64,000 nt of DNA from Epiperipatus broadwayi (Eukaryota; Animalia; Onychophora), in NCBI GenBank assembly GCA_028023455.1, contig JAQFVV010000005.1, forward strand, positions 22,630,001 through 22,694,000, written 5' to 3'. Positions 29,201 to 44,200 of this stretch are shown one piece after another. The notes beneath the pieces were generated by a model, which ran no database searches, had not been told where the DNA came from, and saw only the letters and a program-made list of their open reading frames with translations. Made by a program: the position numbers and the translations under genes. Position 1 is the first letter of the stretch, and the number at the start of each line of letters is the position of its first letter.

Positions 29201-32200
29201 TGCACACAATGAATCACTCATACTTACTGGCCTCTAATAGCCTACTTAATAAACTTTTTCGCAACTTAAGAATTACTACTTTCATTCTCTTCAGTCTTGC
29301 TTACATTAACTAATCAGTAATCTCATATCACAATGACTTCATTTGGTTTTTTGTATTTTTTTTTTACTCAATAATATATATGCTATAAAACTGATTATCG
29401 ATATGAATGTAACTATTCTTTATATTACTAAGACAGTATATCATTGCACATGTATGACAAGGTTTAATGTGTCATGTAAACTGTTTATTCATTCAAGAGT
29501 ATATTATCATCTACTAGAACCTATTTATAGATATCTTTAACATTTAATTTAATTTGGAAAATCATATGATCAAATGAACTAAGGGAGAAGGGATTTTTTT
29601 AGTAGCTCTGGGCTGACATTTTTATATTGATTCAAGTCTTTGGAAATAATAACAAACATTAACCCATTCTTAAATAAGACAAGAGCAGCTCTCTACTCTA
29701 GCATCTTCTTGGATAATCAGTGATTAGAGATGCACTTTTGTTAGATGCTTTGCTGTTATCACTTTTCATGAGAAACATTTTATTATTGTTATCCTTTTTA
29801 ATAAAAACATTATAATAAAGTAATAATAAATCTAAGACTTCAGTGTCTGTTAGAATATATAGCTTTTCCTCCAACTTTGTATTTTGTTTTAAACTCAGAA
29901 TTCCAGCAGTCAGCTCATTGGCCCAGAGTCTTCATGGGACTTAATCTCAAGATAAGAATGACTATCAATGCTTTGTGGAGCAATCATAGTGACATACCTA
30001 TAATCTGGGTTCAAATTCCAGCCCAATAAACTCAAACATTTTTTTGTAATGGCTTAAACATTTTTTTCAAATAGATAGTCTGTGGAATTCAGCTGACCAT
30101 CTTACATTGATAAGAAAATAAGTATCCAGCATTTTAAGCTAGAAGATAAAACAGGTATAATACTAAATTGTCCATTCACTTTATTACTGTTACATAATGC
30201 TTTATTTATCACCCTTTTTTACAGTTTCGATTGCCCCAGCAATCTTCTTCAGAACTTTATATCTCCTAGCAATACTTTATTTACCATCCTTTTTTTACAG
30301 TTTACAGTTTTGATTGCCCCAGCAATCTTTTTCACAACTTTATATCTTCTAATTGAGGCTTCAAGATATGAAGTTCTGAAGAAGATTGCTGGGGCAATCG
30401 AAACTGTAAAAAAGGGTGGTAACTAAAGCATTGTGTAACAGTAGTAAAGTGAATGGACAAGTTAGTATTATATGTATACATTTGGCAATGCAATAAGATA
30501 GAGTAGTTATTATGCTTCTTGAAGATAAAACTTTCAGCTCTAACTATTAGCAAGCTTGATGAGTATTGCATTCTTCACTGTTTCCATGTGAAGTGCTGAA
30601 AAGGCCTTTACTCTCTAGTTGCCTTATTTAAAGTTTGTTTTACCACTTACCTAACCATATTCCTATTTATTAACCAGTAATTGAATTATTTATGGGCCAA
30701 CTATATCAAAAAATTATATGGGTGCTAGGAAAATCTTTTTCATATCTAATAACTTTTTAAGCTTACCTGCATTTGAAGTCCATATCATGGATAACTGGTG
30801 AATAGATTAAGAAATAGACCCTTGAAACTTTCCACTGTATTATTCACCATTAATGGTTTATTGTTTGGGAATTCATAAGAAATTCAGGTACCAGAAGTGA
30901 TGGAATTGGAGCAGTGATTTCTTTGAGCTCCAGAATCTATTATTCTATTACTGCATTAAACTATGAGGCTTTAAATTATTTTATTATACAGTAATGATTA
31001 TTATTTTTTACAGCTTTATATAAGCAATGAAAAATTAATGAACATAAGATTACTTACTCCCAAATTGAGTTTAGTAGTGGTTATAAAATGGAGAAATTTA
31101 TGGATGATGAAGGATTACACCCTCCAATAATCTTTTCACTCCTATTAATCTGTTGAAGATAATAAATTAAAAATTTTGACATTTTATAAGCCATTTTGTG
31201 ATTTCCATAAAAATGTGATATTGAGGGGGAGGGGGTAAATGTTACCACTGTGTTCTTTATAACTAAAGCTATTTAAAATAATAATAAAAACTTTTTATAA
31301 TTAAATATTAAATTTGGAGGTATCATTTTAATCAGTTAAGTATTTATGTTTTCTATTTCAGTTTCTCCTCCAGAAGTTTGTAAAACAAAACAGTGTGGAA
31401 AGAATGCAAGTTGTGAAGTAAGAAATGGTTTAGCAGTATGTGTTTGCCTAGATGAATTCCAAGGCAATCCAGAAAAGGAATGCTGTAAGTATTATATATA
31501 CATGTTAATGTAATATTTTTAATGCACTAATAGGCGATAAATCATTTTAATCTATGGAAATTCAATTGTTAAAGTCTAGTTAAATTTTCAAGCTGCCAAC
31601 CAATCAAAATCTGCTTGGCAGTGATTGATTGTTGCCTTGGATGCATCACAGCTTGAAGATTTAACTATATTAACAGTTGCTATAAAATACATTGATATAC
31701 CAAATGTAACAGCACAAATGAATGTGAAATATTAAGCTAGTTAATCATAATAAAATATAATATCACATACATATTTTACAACTACCGATGATATATTAAA
31801 ATAAGCATTCTGTAATGTTTATAATTACTTTATCGCAATGTTATTTCAGAGTCATAATTACGTTTCCAGATATAATAATTGATGTACTGGGCACTATCTT
31901 CCGAAAGGAAAAGTTATTCTATTGAGATTATTTTAACCTTTCTGTATTTTTTTTAAATTCTTCTCTGTTGTTGCTTTTGGATTCTAACTAGCTCATGATT
32001 GCATATATTAATCTGTTCTGCGCTGACCTCTCGATTGCATACGCATTAATCTGTTCTTAATACATTAATTGCATGTCTAGGAGGAAAAACATTTGAACAT
32101 ATATGAGAAGAGAATAAATTGAGAATAAGTGGACTTAATAAATTAGCAACATATTTATTATTGTAAATGAAATAAAGAATTTGATATAACTACATCACAA

Positions 32201-35200
32201 TTATATAGATACACGTATGTACACTTGTGAAATATATATTTATCTGTTATTTAATTATTAGATCTATTTTACTTAACTTTTAATATTATCTACTAACTAT
32301 ATTGAGAAGTATTATTTTTTCTCATGTTTTTTTTTTTTAGAATAGCAATTATTAACTTATTAATTATTAACTTATTACATTCCTTAAGTGATAATATGAC
32401 AATTCCAAACATTTTAAATAATCAAAATACTGTATAAATAAATAATGTTTTTTAAAGGTAGTTGTAAAAGAGAGAGAAAACTACAAAAAAAAAAAACACA
32501 ATAAAGTAAATATTTTTTCCTCTTTCTTCAGTAATTTTATCTATCTATATGTTTACCAGGTTTTTTTTAAAAGGTATTAATAATTTTTTTAAAGAATGCT
32601 GATTTTAATTAATTAAAGTTGATTTTCTATCTCTCTCTAAAAATAAATGTAATGTTTTTGAAATTAAAGTATAATTAAAGGATTATCTGTTTCTAGTAAT
32701 TAAGAAAAAACAACTTCAGAGGAATTTTTCAATAATTAGGATATGATTGGAATTTTAATTAATTAAAAAAAAGAAGAAATAATCTTTTGTAAAGAAATGC
32801 CCAGTTGGTCAAATCATTTCTGAGGTAGTGTATGATTAGATGGATAAGGGGAGGCTGTATTAAAATAAGATAAGGGGATGTTAAAAGGATTGATTTCAGT
32901 GTCTAGTTAGTGTCAGTCTTGGTCCAGGTATTGAGAAGAGAAGAGCAGTGGTAGTTACAATTCAGCTATTGAGAAGACATCAGTAGTAGCAATTTAATTG
33001 TGAAGAGAACTGAAAAGTTAAATTTGTAGTCTGAAATAGTTGGTGCTAGACTGGAATATTGCTTTTGTTTATAACAGTCTATTATACATCAATTTAGTTT
33101 TCCAATATGTTATTTAATCTTATTTTAAGCTGAGACTATTATAATAATAAGCTAATAACTTGTTACTTGAATTTTTATAAGATGTTCAGATAATGAAAGT
33201 GATAGAATTGAACTGTAATCCATGAATTTTTAGTTGTTGAGTCCATCATTATATTAACTCTTATAGGGTACTGAGCTTATTTATAAAGCATTATTCTTAT
33301 TTAAAGAATATTGGGGTTTTAAATATATATATAAATTTATTTACAGAACCTTTAAAAATATATGATTTGTGGTGAAAGAAAATAAGTTATTATTGTCTAA
33401 TTTCTTATTTTTAATTTTTGCTGCATGTTCTCTGTGTTACACAATGTATGCTATAATGAAATCACTTTCAGTCATTGAAAAGAAGAGTCATATTCTACTT
33501 TTATGTTTTTATATTTTTTAAATGATTTTTAGATGATTTTATTAATCGATACTTTGTAAAATATATCTTTTTATAATATTTCTGTTTTTTTAATAGTTTA
33601 ATTTTTAAATTATCACTTGTCTTTAAAAATTGAAACAGTTTGATTATAATCATGCATTTAATATCTGTGCAGTTTAGCACAGTGGTGAAGTGAGAGGTTG
33701 TTATGTATTCAAATGCAGGTACTCAGACTAACGACAAATAAGTCAATAAATAATCAATTTTGATACAGACTGAAATAATGTTGAAATGTTATTAATAGTG
33801 AATAGTTATTGACACACTCCAACACAGTATATATAATTCACTTGTGGTTCAATTCCCAGGACAAACAGCTTGCTGCTTGCTGGATGGTTTCCTTTGACCT
33901 CAGTTTCTAAAACATTTTGGCTCCACTCCTCAAACTAACAGATTTCTTTGACTCTGTTCAGTTGCTGCTCACGATCACATTGGCTTCCCATTGGAGCACT
34001 ACACTGTCACTTAAGCTTCTTGCAGCTATTGTCCATTAAAATCTCTTGCCAACAGTTCACTTGATAAAGTCACTGAAATAAGAACGACACTTTGCTGTAC
34101 CAGCTATCCCCCCCTCCCCAGTTTGGCCTCCAGCAATCCAATATTTGTCCTTGATTGTTATCAGCTTTGTTTTATCTTTGCATTTTTAATTGGTAAGTTT
34201 AACTTCTAGTGAATCAAGAAATATTTGTAATTAGCAAATATTTCTTAGCTTTTACCAAACGCAATTTTCTTATCACAAATACATAAATATTTTCTATTGT
34301 TAAATTCTATGCAAGTTTAATCATTAATTAAACCCTTAGCAGTTAGGGATCTAAAAAAAATATGTTTCTCTAATATATTTCCCTTTTTTTTTTCTGGAGT
34401 CAAAAAACTTATTATTGAATTTTTACATACATATTTTACAAACATGACAGAGGTAAAGATTATTTTTATTGTCTAATGTCATATGACCTTCTGAGCAACT
34501 AATCAATCAATTATTTATTATGCTTTTAAACCTAATAAGTTCTACGTGTACATTTGATTATTTCATATATTGAGATTAATGATCTTTTTTTCTAGATCAA
34601 AAATAAAACTCCTTAAAATTAGAGATTATACATATGTATTATTTTATAAACTTAATTATTTGTTTTGTATTACAGCACGTCAATCTACAAATTGTCAGAC
34701 TTTGCATTGTGGAAAGTTTTCTAAATGTGAAATTAAAAATGGTTTAGCAGTCTGTGTCTGTCCACCAGGATTCCAAGGGATACCAGAAGAAGAATGCTGT
34801 AAGTTCGCATTATTCTTTTTTTGTATATATTTTTATTTAATATACCGGTTGGTTTTTTTTGCCTGTCTTATGAAATCTTGTAACTCAATTTTCACCCACT
34901 TTGTAATCTAGTTTAATCTTTGCATATGTATATATTTCTGAAGATAGTATGTTGTTTTGGAGTTTGTAAGCAATTCTAGCAAAACAAATTCAATGAAAAA
35001 TTTATATTTTAATTAAATTGTATTTAGAACTATAGAAAACTAAAAAATAGAAAATAAAAAAATATAAAAATTTTAAAGAAATGCTTTTATTTTTAAAATG
35101 CACTAAAAGATTTTAAAATGTAAAAAATAAATTTTCTTTTGCATTCACTATATTCTTGACAATGTGCTATTAAAATAAAAGAATTTGGTGCTCTTATTTA

Positions 35201-38200
35201 AAAATATATTTAGATTATTTTTGAATATGAGTATTACATGCTTTTATTTTGGTCACATAATATCCAAAATACTCTGAAAGCCAAAGAAAATATATTTTTT
35301 AGTGCATTTATGAGAATAAAAACTTTTTTAAAAGTTTTATTTAAAAAATACATATAAATACATAAATAAATTAAAATAAACGCAGACTATGAGTTCAGAA
35401 GAAATGCAAAGAAATTAAAAACAAGGAATAGGAATTTGCTTAAGTATTCTAGCTAAACAGTAGAAATTTCTGTATAGAAAAACTTATGTATTTGTTCTTA
35501 TAATCCATTACTTTTATAATGATATGTTTTCCAAAGGTTCAGCAAATGATTAAACAAAAAAAAATATTTTTTCTTTCTTAATGATTAAGGTCCTATTTAC
35601 ATATAATATTTTACCTTGTATGCACAGTGGTGAGGTGATGGATATGGAAACTGAAAGTTCCATGATCAAAGTTTAATCTGTGTCTTCAGTATTTAAACAT
35701 CGTTTGACATGCCAAATAACTAACTACAATTATTTACCTTATATGATTTGGACCAGCAGTAGTTTAATCAACTTAAGAGCTAAGAAATTCCTGAATCAAA
35801 GCTCAGATTATTGCTGGCACTAAAATGTTACATGACCTCCTAAACAATTAATTAGCTTTAGTCAAAACATGCTATTTTACATTTAGTAATTTTTTCTCCA
35901 GTTACAGAAATTATCATTAGGGTCATCTGTCTTTCAACTTCAAAAAGCATCAATGAAAACAGTAAAATCAATAATTGCTAGGAAGGAGTGCAACTTCCCT
36001 ATCAGAATGCCATAATTAGAATCAAACCATAAGACTTTGGCTGTTCTGTCCAGTGACATTAATCATGACTTTTGATGAAAGTTTCTGCGTTTTTAATATT
36101 TGTTGGTTGAAATTAATTAACATAATTTATTTTTATATAAAATAAATATAATTTATTTTTATAAAATAGAAAAATTGTTTTTGATTTGGCTGTTTATTTT
36201 TTTAAAAAAAAAAAATGTTTTAGTCTTAATGAAATCTTTTTTAAGACTTATTTTTGGTAGGATTTAAAAAGTTTCTATTTTAATTAAAAATTTAAATAGG
36301 TCAAAGTCACATGATAGGTTAGAGCCGATCAGAATTAACTTGATTGAAATTGTAATAAATAAGATAATCAGAAATGCTTACAACAATATATATATATATT
36401 TATTGTGAAATTGAAGCAATTTTTGTTTACATGAACTTAAATATGTATATTAACTATGTGTTTGAAAAATATATACTAAGGCATATAGTAAATTTACTGT
36501 ATTTTATTATTCAACATTTATAATAGAGTTTATATATACAATAGTTTAAGTTCATTATTTTACTGTGATCGGTAAATCTATCATTATTCAACTTTAATTT
36601 ATATAACATTTATACAACTTACTGCAGACATGGGCATTGGTCAATAGAAGAAGCCATTCATTGGTTTTCTGGATACTTTATTTCTAGAGTACAACCTAAT
36701 ATTATTTTATTTGTATTCACATGAGTGCTTTGTTGGCACAGGAATGATTGTTCTGGATATATGGTAAATAACTAAACATCACATGATCACTATCTCTTAT
36801 ACTAGCACATAATTGTTATTAAACAAGGCAAAGCTCTCCATACAGTAATGCCACCCTGTGAACTGAGTTCAGACCCATATATGACTATATAAGCTATTGA
36901 GCTTAGATTGAAAATATTATTGTGTTTTCAATTTCATTCTCATAGTTTTGTAGTTAAGCAGAGATAAAAGGTGGCTGCTGGAGGGTTGCATTAGATCCTA
37001 AGATCTAGGTGCAGTTCTCTCAGATCCAAGGCTTCTCACTGATGAAAGCCACAAGCCAGAAACTAGTCTGGGGATATTGGATGAGTAGTCACTAGATAGG
37101 GATTTTATGCACAAGCCTTCTGGCATCCATTGATTACTCTGGTTGGCACAGGGTGACACTACTGTATGGAGAGTTTTGCTTTGTTTAATATATGGTAAAT
37201 ATAGTCTTTCATATTAAAATGGATTCTGCATCATTATTTATGGTTGGTTTATTTTTAGCTTTATTCTAGAATTGGTTAAGTGGTTTGATTAAAAGTTTCA
37301 TTTTTTTTCAGTCCGTTTTTTCAGCTGGACTTTAATTTGATAATTCTAATCAATACGTTTCCTTATGAGTATCTCTTTTAAAAAATGTATCATTGATAAA
37401 AATGATATTTAATAGTGATCAGATGAAATAAATTACATCAAGTTAAATATTTAGAATTGATACCAATCACTCAGCTCATGCTAGAATTATGGCACCTATC
37501 AATTATTTTATTCAAAATTGCTACAAAAGTAGGATTTTTGTTGCTTTGAGTTTTTCAAAGGCATTCTCTTTCTCTTTCACTATGGCTATGCTACTTAATG
37601 TAAATTTTATAAACTAATAAATGCCAAATGATATTACTTATTAAATCCCTATCCAGTGTTGTCCTATCCATTCAGACTAGTTTCTAGCTTTTGGCTTTGA
37701 TCAGTGAAGAGCTGTTCCAAGATCCATAGCTCTTAATTGGTGAAAGCCATAAACTGGAAACTAATCTGAGGATATTGGATAGGTCAGAACTGGAAAAGGG
37801 GCTTTAAGCATTATGAGCTGTCATCTATTAGTTACTAAAGCTTACATTAAGTAGCATAGCAGTGATGAGAAAAACTATGCTGCTACATAGTAATGTTGAA
37901 AGCTGGAATCATGTGATAGTCATGTGATACTTTGAGTTTTTTAACATAAATCTATTATTATATATTATTTTTATAATAATTCCTTTAAAATTTGTTATTT
38001 TCACTAGGGACTGAAGATTGTAATGTTCTTCATTGTAATAAAATCGAAAAATGTGAAGTTGTAAATGGTAAGGCAGAATGCAAAAAATGTGAAGATGGGT
38101 ACCGAATTAATAAGGATAATGAATGTGGTAAGTAGAGTGATGATGATAATTATTTATATTGTTCACAAATATAAGATATTATTGCATTTTTTTTTTTATT

Positions 38201-41200
38201 TTACTGTCTAGTATCAAATTTTTTGTTACTAACTTGCTACATATGTTTAGTAGAATAAAGAAAACGTACAAATTTTTTAAGTTGTAAAGATTAGTCCTGA
38301 GAATTGTTTGAAAAAGGAAACAAAATATTTGCTTGAATGATTTTGAATAGGCATTTAATGGCATAAATTGTGATGAAATTTTTATAAATGTGAAATACTT
38401 TTACAAAATCAGTATACGAGGTGGAAAATGTTTGCAAAAATAAATGTTTTAGTTGCAGTAGATTAAATGTACTGGCAGAGGTTAGTAGGGATAGTAAACT
38501 AGCAATTATTAGGAACCAGTACAGTTATATTTTAAAGAATATTTATAAAAATGCAACAGCAACAATTAGATTACATAATGATACTGGAAAAATCAACATT
38601 GAGAAAGGTGTAAGACAAGGTGACTCCATATCTCCAAAACTCTTTATAGCAGTGCTGCAAGAAGTATTTTGTGGATTAAAATGGGAAACTAAAGGAGTGA
38701 AAGTAAATGGAGAGTATTTAAGTCATTTAGATTTCACAGATGATGTAGTTGTTTTTGCAAATAATGCTTCAGAGCTGCAGGAAATGTTGCAGGAGTTAGC
38801 AGATGGAAGTAGAAAAGTAGGACTAAAGATAAATGTTAAAAAGACTAAAGTAATGTTTAATTGATTTGCTCAAAATATGAAAATAAAGATTGATTATGAA
38901 GAATTAGAAGAAGTTCACAGTTACAAATACCTTGGTCAGATTATTAATACAGATGGAAACATAATGGAGGAAATTAATCATAGAATTAAACTTGGTTGGA
39001 GTGCTTTTGGTAGAAATAACCTGATACTAAAAGGAAATATGTCTATGTGTTTGAAAAGGATGGTTTTTAACAAATGTGTTTTACCAGTTCTTACTTATGG
39101 ATCTGAGACTTGGACACTTAATAGAAGAACAATACAGAGACTTCAGACCACTCAAAGCAGTATGGAGAGATGTATGTTGGGAGTAGCAAGAAGAGATCGA
39201 AAACGCAATGTATGGGTAAGACAACAAACAGGTGTTACTGACCTTATTGAAAAAATTAAAAGATTGAAATGGAGTTGGGCTGGACATATTGCTAGAAGAG
39301 ATGATAATAGATGGACAATTGAAATTTTAAACTGGATTTCAAGAGATTGTAAAAGACCCAGAAAGAGACCACATGTGAGATGGATGGATGAAATAAGAAA
39401 ATGTGCAGGGGTGTTGTGGAGAAGAGAAGCTAAAGATCGGAGAAGATGGATTAAACTTGGAGAGACCTTCATCCTGCAGTGGTTGATAATGGTTGATGAT
39501 GATGATGATGATGACAGAATTGGAGAAAGAAAATTCAATACTCATAACATAATAGCCAAGATTTATTGAATTTGAGACCTTCATCCTGCAGTGGATTGAT
39601 AATGGTTGATGATGATGACAGTTAGAATTGGAGAAAGAAAATTCAATACTCATAACATAATAGCCAAGATTTATTGAATTTGGAGGTAAAATATAAATTT
39701 AATTACCATTTCTTTGCGCACGTCTTCAGCATAACTTCCATATCTTCCCTACTTTCTGGGCACAAGAAGATATCATCAGCAAATAAAAGATCTGATAATG
39801 TATATACTCTCTTGCCATCTGTTAATGCTATCTCTACCCATCTTTCTGTTGCTCTCTCCATTTCTCTTAAATATAATTAAAACAAAATAGATGATATAAG
39901 ACCTTAGTTCCACCCCATTTTGAACTTTAACTGATTCTAAATTTCCTAATTAATACATATAGTAATTATTTTCATACAATCACTTAATAAGATCCATTTA
40001 AAGCTCCGTTTATTTCCAAATTTATTAAACTTATCCATAATCTCTTTCTATTTATTCTATCATATGCCTTCTCTATATCTATAAAGATAATATATAACTG
40101 TCTACCTGTATGCTTACTTATATCTATAAGTTGTGTAATTACAAATAAACTATTTCCTATATGCCTATCTGATCTAAAACCTTGCATTTCTTCCACTATA
40201 TTATTTTGTTCCATCCATTTTGTCACCCTTCCAGCCACCATGTGTGCAAAAACTTTATATAACACTGACATTACTGCATTGTGTTTGTAATTGTTTAACT
40301 TTCTATGATCCTTACCCTTTCTTTTAAATAATAGCCTTACTCTTGTGTTATTCCAGCTATCTGGAAATTCTCTTCTGTGTGATCTTATTGAAACATGATA
40401 TAGATTTAATTTTGCCTTATTTCCCAAATTTATTACCATCTCTGCTGCCTATCCATCTAAATCTTTTGTCTTTCCATTTTTCAATTTTTTCCCTGCCTCA
40501 TTCAGTTCTTTTTCTGCAAAACTAGTATATCCATTACTATGTGTTTTTACATTTGATATCACCTGTCCTTCACATCTAACATCTTTTCTATATCCATTAC
40601 ACACTTATTTAAGATTATCTCTAATTTTTTTTCTAAAGCTACACTCTTTTTACTCATCATTTAATAATACTATATCTCTTTCTCCCACATTTTTTCTTTT
40701 AATATATTTCCAAAATTTTTACTTCCATCTCTTCCACTTTTATTAATATCCTCCAATAATTTACTATTTAATTTAATTTTTTCTATATAATTATATATTT
40801 TAGCCAACTTCTTTTTTTAAAAAATAGTTTTCCCATTTAATATTAACATCTTTTTCACTTTCTTTGCTTTTAATAGCACATTTATATTCTCTGCATGCTT
40901 TTCCCCTCTCTTTTACAATTTTACTAATTCTCACTTTTCTATTACTTTTATTCTTCTGAATATTCGCACTTAAAACCCTATTTGCCACTTTTTCTATTTC
41001 ATCACACCAGTCCTTATATTCATCCCCAACAAACTCTTCCATGATTTCTTCTCAGTTTTATTTTATATTCTTCTATCTTATTCTTATCATTCATTCTCCA
41101 TCACATCTTTCATTATCCTTTGTACTTTTATTACTAATTTCCATCACATTACTAACCATTTCTATTATAAAAAAAGTTATGATCACTATTATATACTCTC

Positions 41201-44200
41201 TCTTCATTATCAAACACTTTAATTTTCTGTACTTTATTCATTCTCTCTTTCTGTACTAATACATAATCTATTCTGTGAAATATGTTATTTCTAAATCATG
41301 TGTATTGTCCCTCATAAATATTTGATAAATTTCTAATATTCAAATTCACTCTCTGACAAAAAATTTTCAAAAGCCACCCATTCTTGTTATTCATGTCATC
41401 AATTTCTTCAATATGTCCATTCATATATCCTATAACCACTATTTTCTTCCCCTTTTTTTTGAAATTCTGTACGACCTTAACTAAGCATTAATATATGCTA
41501 CTGTTCCACTCCTTATCTCCATTGGCCATATGCATTATAATCATCATCCATTCTTGTCTTCATAACCTTATCTCAAATCACAAATATTTTTTTGACAACC
41601 CCTATGCTACCTCCCCCCCCCCCACTTTTTTCTATTTATTCCTTGCCATAGCAAATCTTCCAGAGTAGATTTTTTTTTTCTCTAATTAGATATGTTTCCA
41701 CTACTGCTAATATTTTAAGCCCTTCGTTTTTAACTGCTTTGTTTAATTCTAATCACTTTTCTGGTCTCCTATTACCTTGCATATTCAAATATCCAATTTT
41801 AACAATTTCTTCCTTTCTTACTACTCTTTTATAAATTCTTTTGTCTCTATTACATTTGTAATTAATTTGTTTATCATTAGTTTTATGGATCCATTCCCTT
41901 TCCATATCTACATATATATCTGGATCAGCTACTCTTTGTTTACTTCTTATGTCCCATCCATTCTTAACCTTTTTTTTGATAATACTGTAATTTAAAACCC
42001 TACCTCCCTTTATAAGTTTCCCAAACTATAATGTTTTTCATAAATCAACCCCCCTAATGCTTCACTTCCTTGTTTTGCTAAGTGCAATCTATCTTTACTC
42101 TATAATTCCCTCTTACTAATAAAAAAATCCCACACATCCATAAACATAACATTATTTCTGACACATAATTTTTTAAATCTCTCATTTATAGAACATCTTC
42201 TCTCTAACATATACCTATTGTCGAATCTTTGTAGCAATCCACTACTCCTTTTTTTCCTTTAATATTTTCAAACTACTAATCAATTTTTTGTACTCATCCA
42301 TTATTCTCTCCAATGGCTCTGACAAATTATTTGCCCCTACCATAGCATAAACATCTCTACTCCCTTGTTTCTTTATCTTGTCTGTAACATCCCTAATTCT
42401 AGCTCCAGGAAAACATACTATTTGATGTCATGTGATGCACTGTGACTTCTTCTTATACGGAATCAGAAATCATTCAGCAACTATGTTCAGAGAAATCTGT
42501 TAGCCACTTTAACTTCCCTTTCCATTCCCCACCCTACGTTTTCCCATATTCTTCTATATCCTGCTCCATCCCATTTCCACAGCATAATCTTTGTCAACTC
42601 CATGATCTTCTAAATCCCCCTTATGCTTTCCCAAACCCAGCATAAAAACCAATAACCCACTTTCTGTATAATTATTTTGTTTATATTTATTCTTCCACAA
42701 CTTCCATTATTTATACCCTTTCTGCTTTCAGGCATTTACATTTAATTAACAGATACCTAATATTTTCTATGCCTTCCTTACACAACTTGCAGACTAAATT
42801 ACCCACATTTTTCTTTTCAAGCCTTATACAGTAAACTACTTTCCTTGTTATTATCATAAATTAACTTGCACCCAATATTCTGTTTACTTCTATAAATATT
42901 TAAACTTTTTTTGTTCTCCATGCTAGTTCTCCATCTCTCCAACTCCCTGTTCTTTATTAATGCATCTATTCTTGTATCCCATTCGTTAACACTATAACAC
43001 TCAACAATTTTCCTAACACAATCATTCCACCATTTGTATAAGTATACTGATGTATATTCTTAAATCTTCTGTATATCACATTACCTTTCTCACCCATCTT
43101 GTTGCCTTCCCTTTATTCATAACTCAGTTAAATATTATTTTGGCTATTCTTTTATTATCCATAAACTGCAATCTACCAAACATTTCATTTTGCTTTTTGC
43201 ATCTCTCATATAAAAACTTAACCATCCCATTTCTCCTTGAATTGCCTTCTTTGCCATCCACACATCTGCATTTAATGCATGTCTTCCTACTTCTCTTTGT
43301 ACTTTTTCTAAGTAATCTAATACCTCTTTACTATCACATAACGCATCATTACCACATATTAATCCTGCTACTGCCACTCCATACAATTCTGGTTATATCA
43401 TATTATATGAGAACACTGTTAATTTTTTTATCAATCTCTTTTTTTTCTTTGCTTCATTGATGTGATGTGATGTGATGTACTGTGACTTCTCCTTAAATGG
43501 AGTCAGGAATCTCTCAGCAGCTATGGCCAGAGAAACCTGTTAGCCACCTTACCTTCCTTTTCCATTGTCCACCCTAAGTTTTCCCATAATCTGCTCCATC
43601 CCATTTCCACAACATAATCTTTAATCAACTCCATGACCTTCATATCTAAATCCCCCTTATTTTTTCCCAAACCTAGCATAAAAACCAATAACTCACTTTC
43701 TGTATAATCACTTTGTTCATATTTAACCTTCCATAACTTCATTATTTGTACCCTTTCTGCTTCCAAACATTTACATTGAAGTAACAGATGCCTAATATTT
43801 TCTATGCCTTCTTTACACAACTTGCAGACTAAATCACCCATATTTTTCCATTTACATGTATATTCCCTTGTTGCTAAAGATCCCATTCGAGCCTTAAACA
43901 ATAAACTACTTTCCTTATTATTATCATAAATTAACTCACACCCAATGTTCCGTTTACTTTTATATATATTTAAACTCATTTTACTCTCCATTCTAGTTCT
44001 CCATCTCTCCAACTCCCTATTCTTTATTAATGCATCTATTCTTCTATCCCACTCCTTCTCACTATAACACTCAACAATCCTCCTAACACAATCATCCCAG
44101 CTTTTGTACAAGTATACTGACATAACTTCTTTATCCAAATCTTCTGCATACCGCATTACCTTTCTCACCCATCTTGTTGACTGCCCTTTACTTGTAACCC

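Noticed and set aside
15500-30040. Old tRNA-SINE-like fragments (about 15500-15560 minus, about 29975-30040 plus, with ctgggttcaaattcc)
   Set aside because: Too degenerate to define boundaries; only a B-box-like word is shared.
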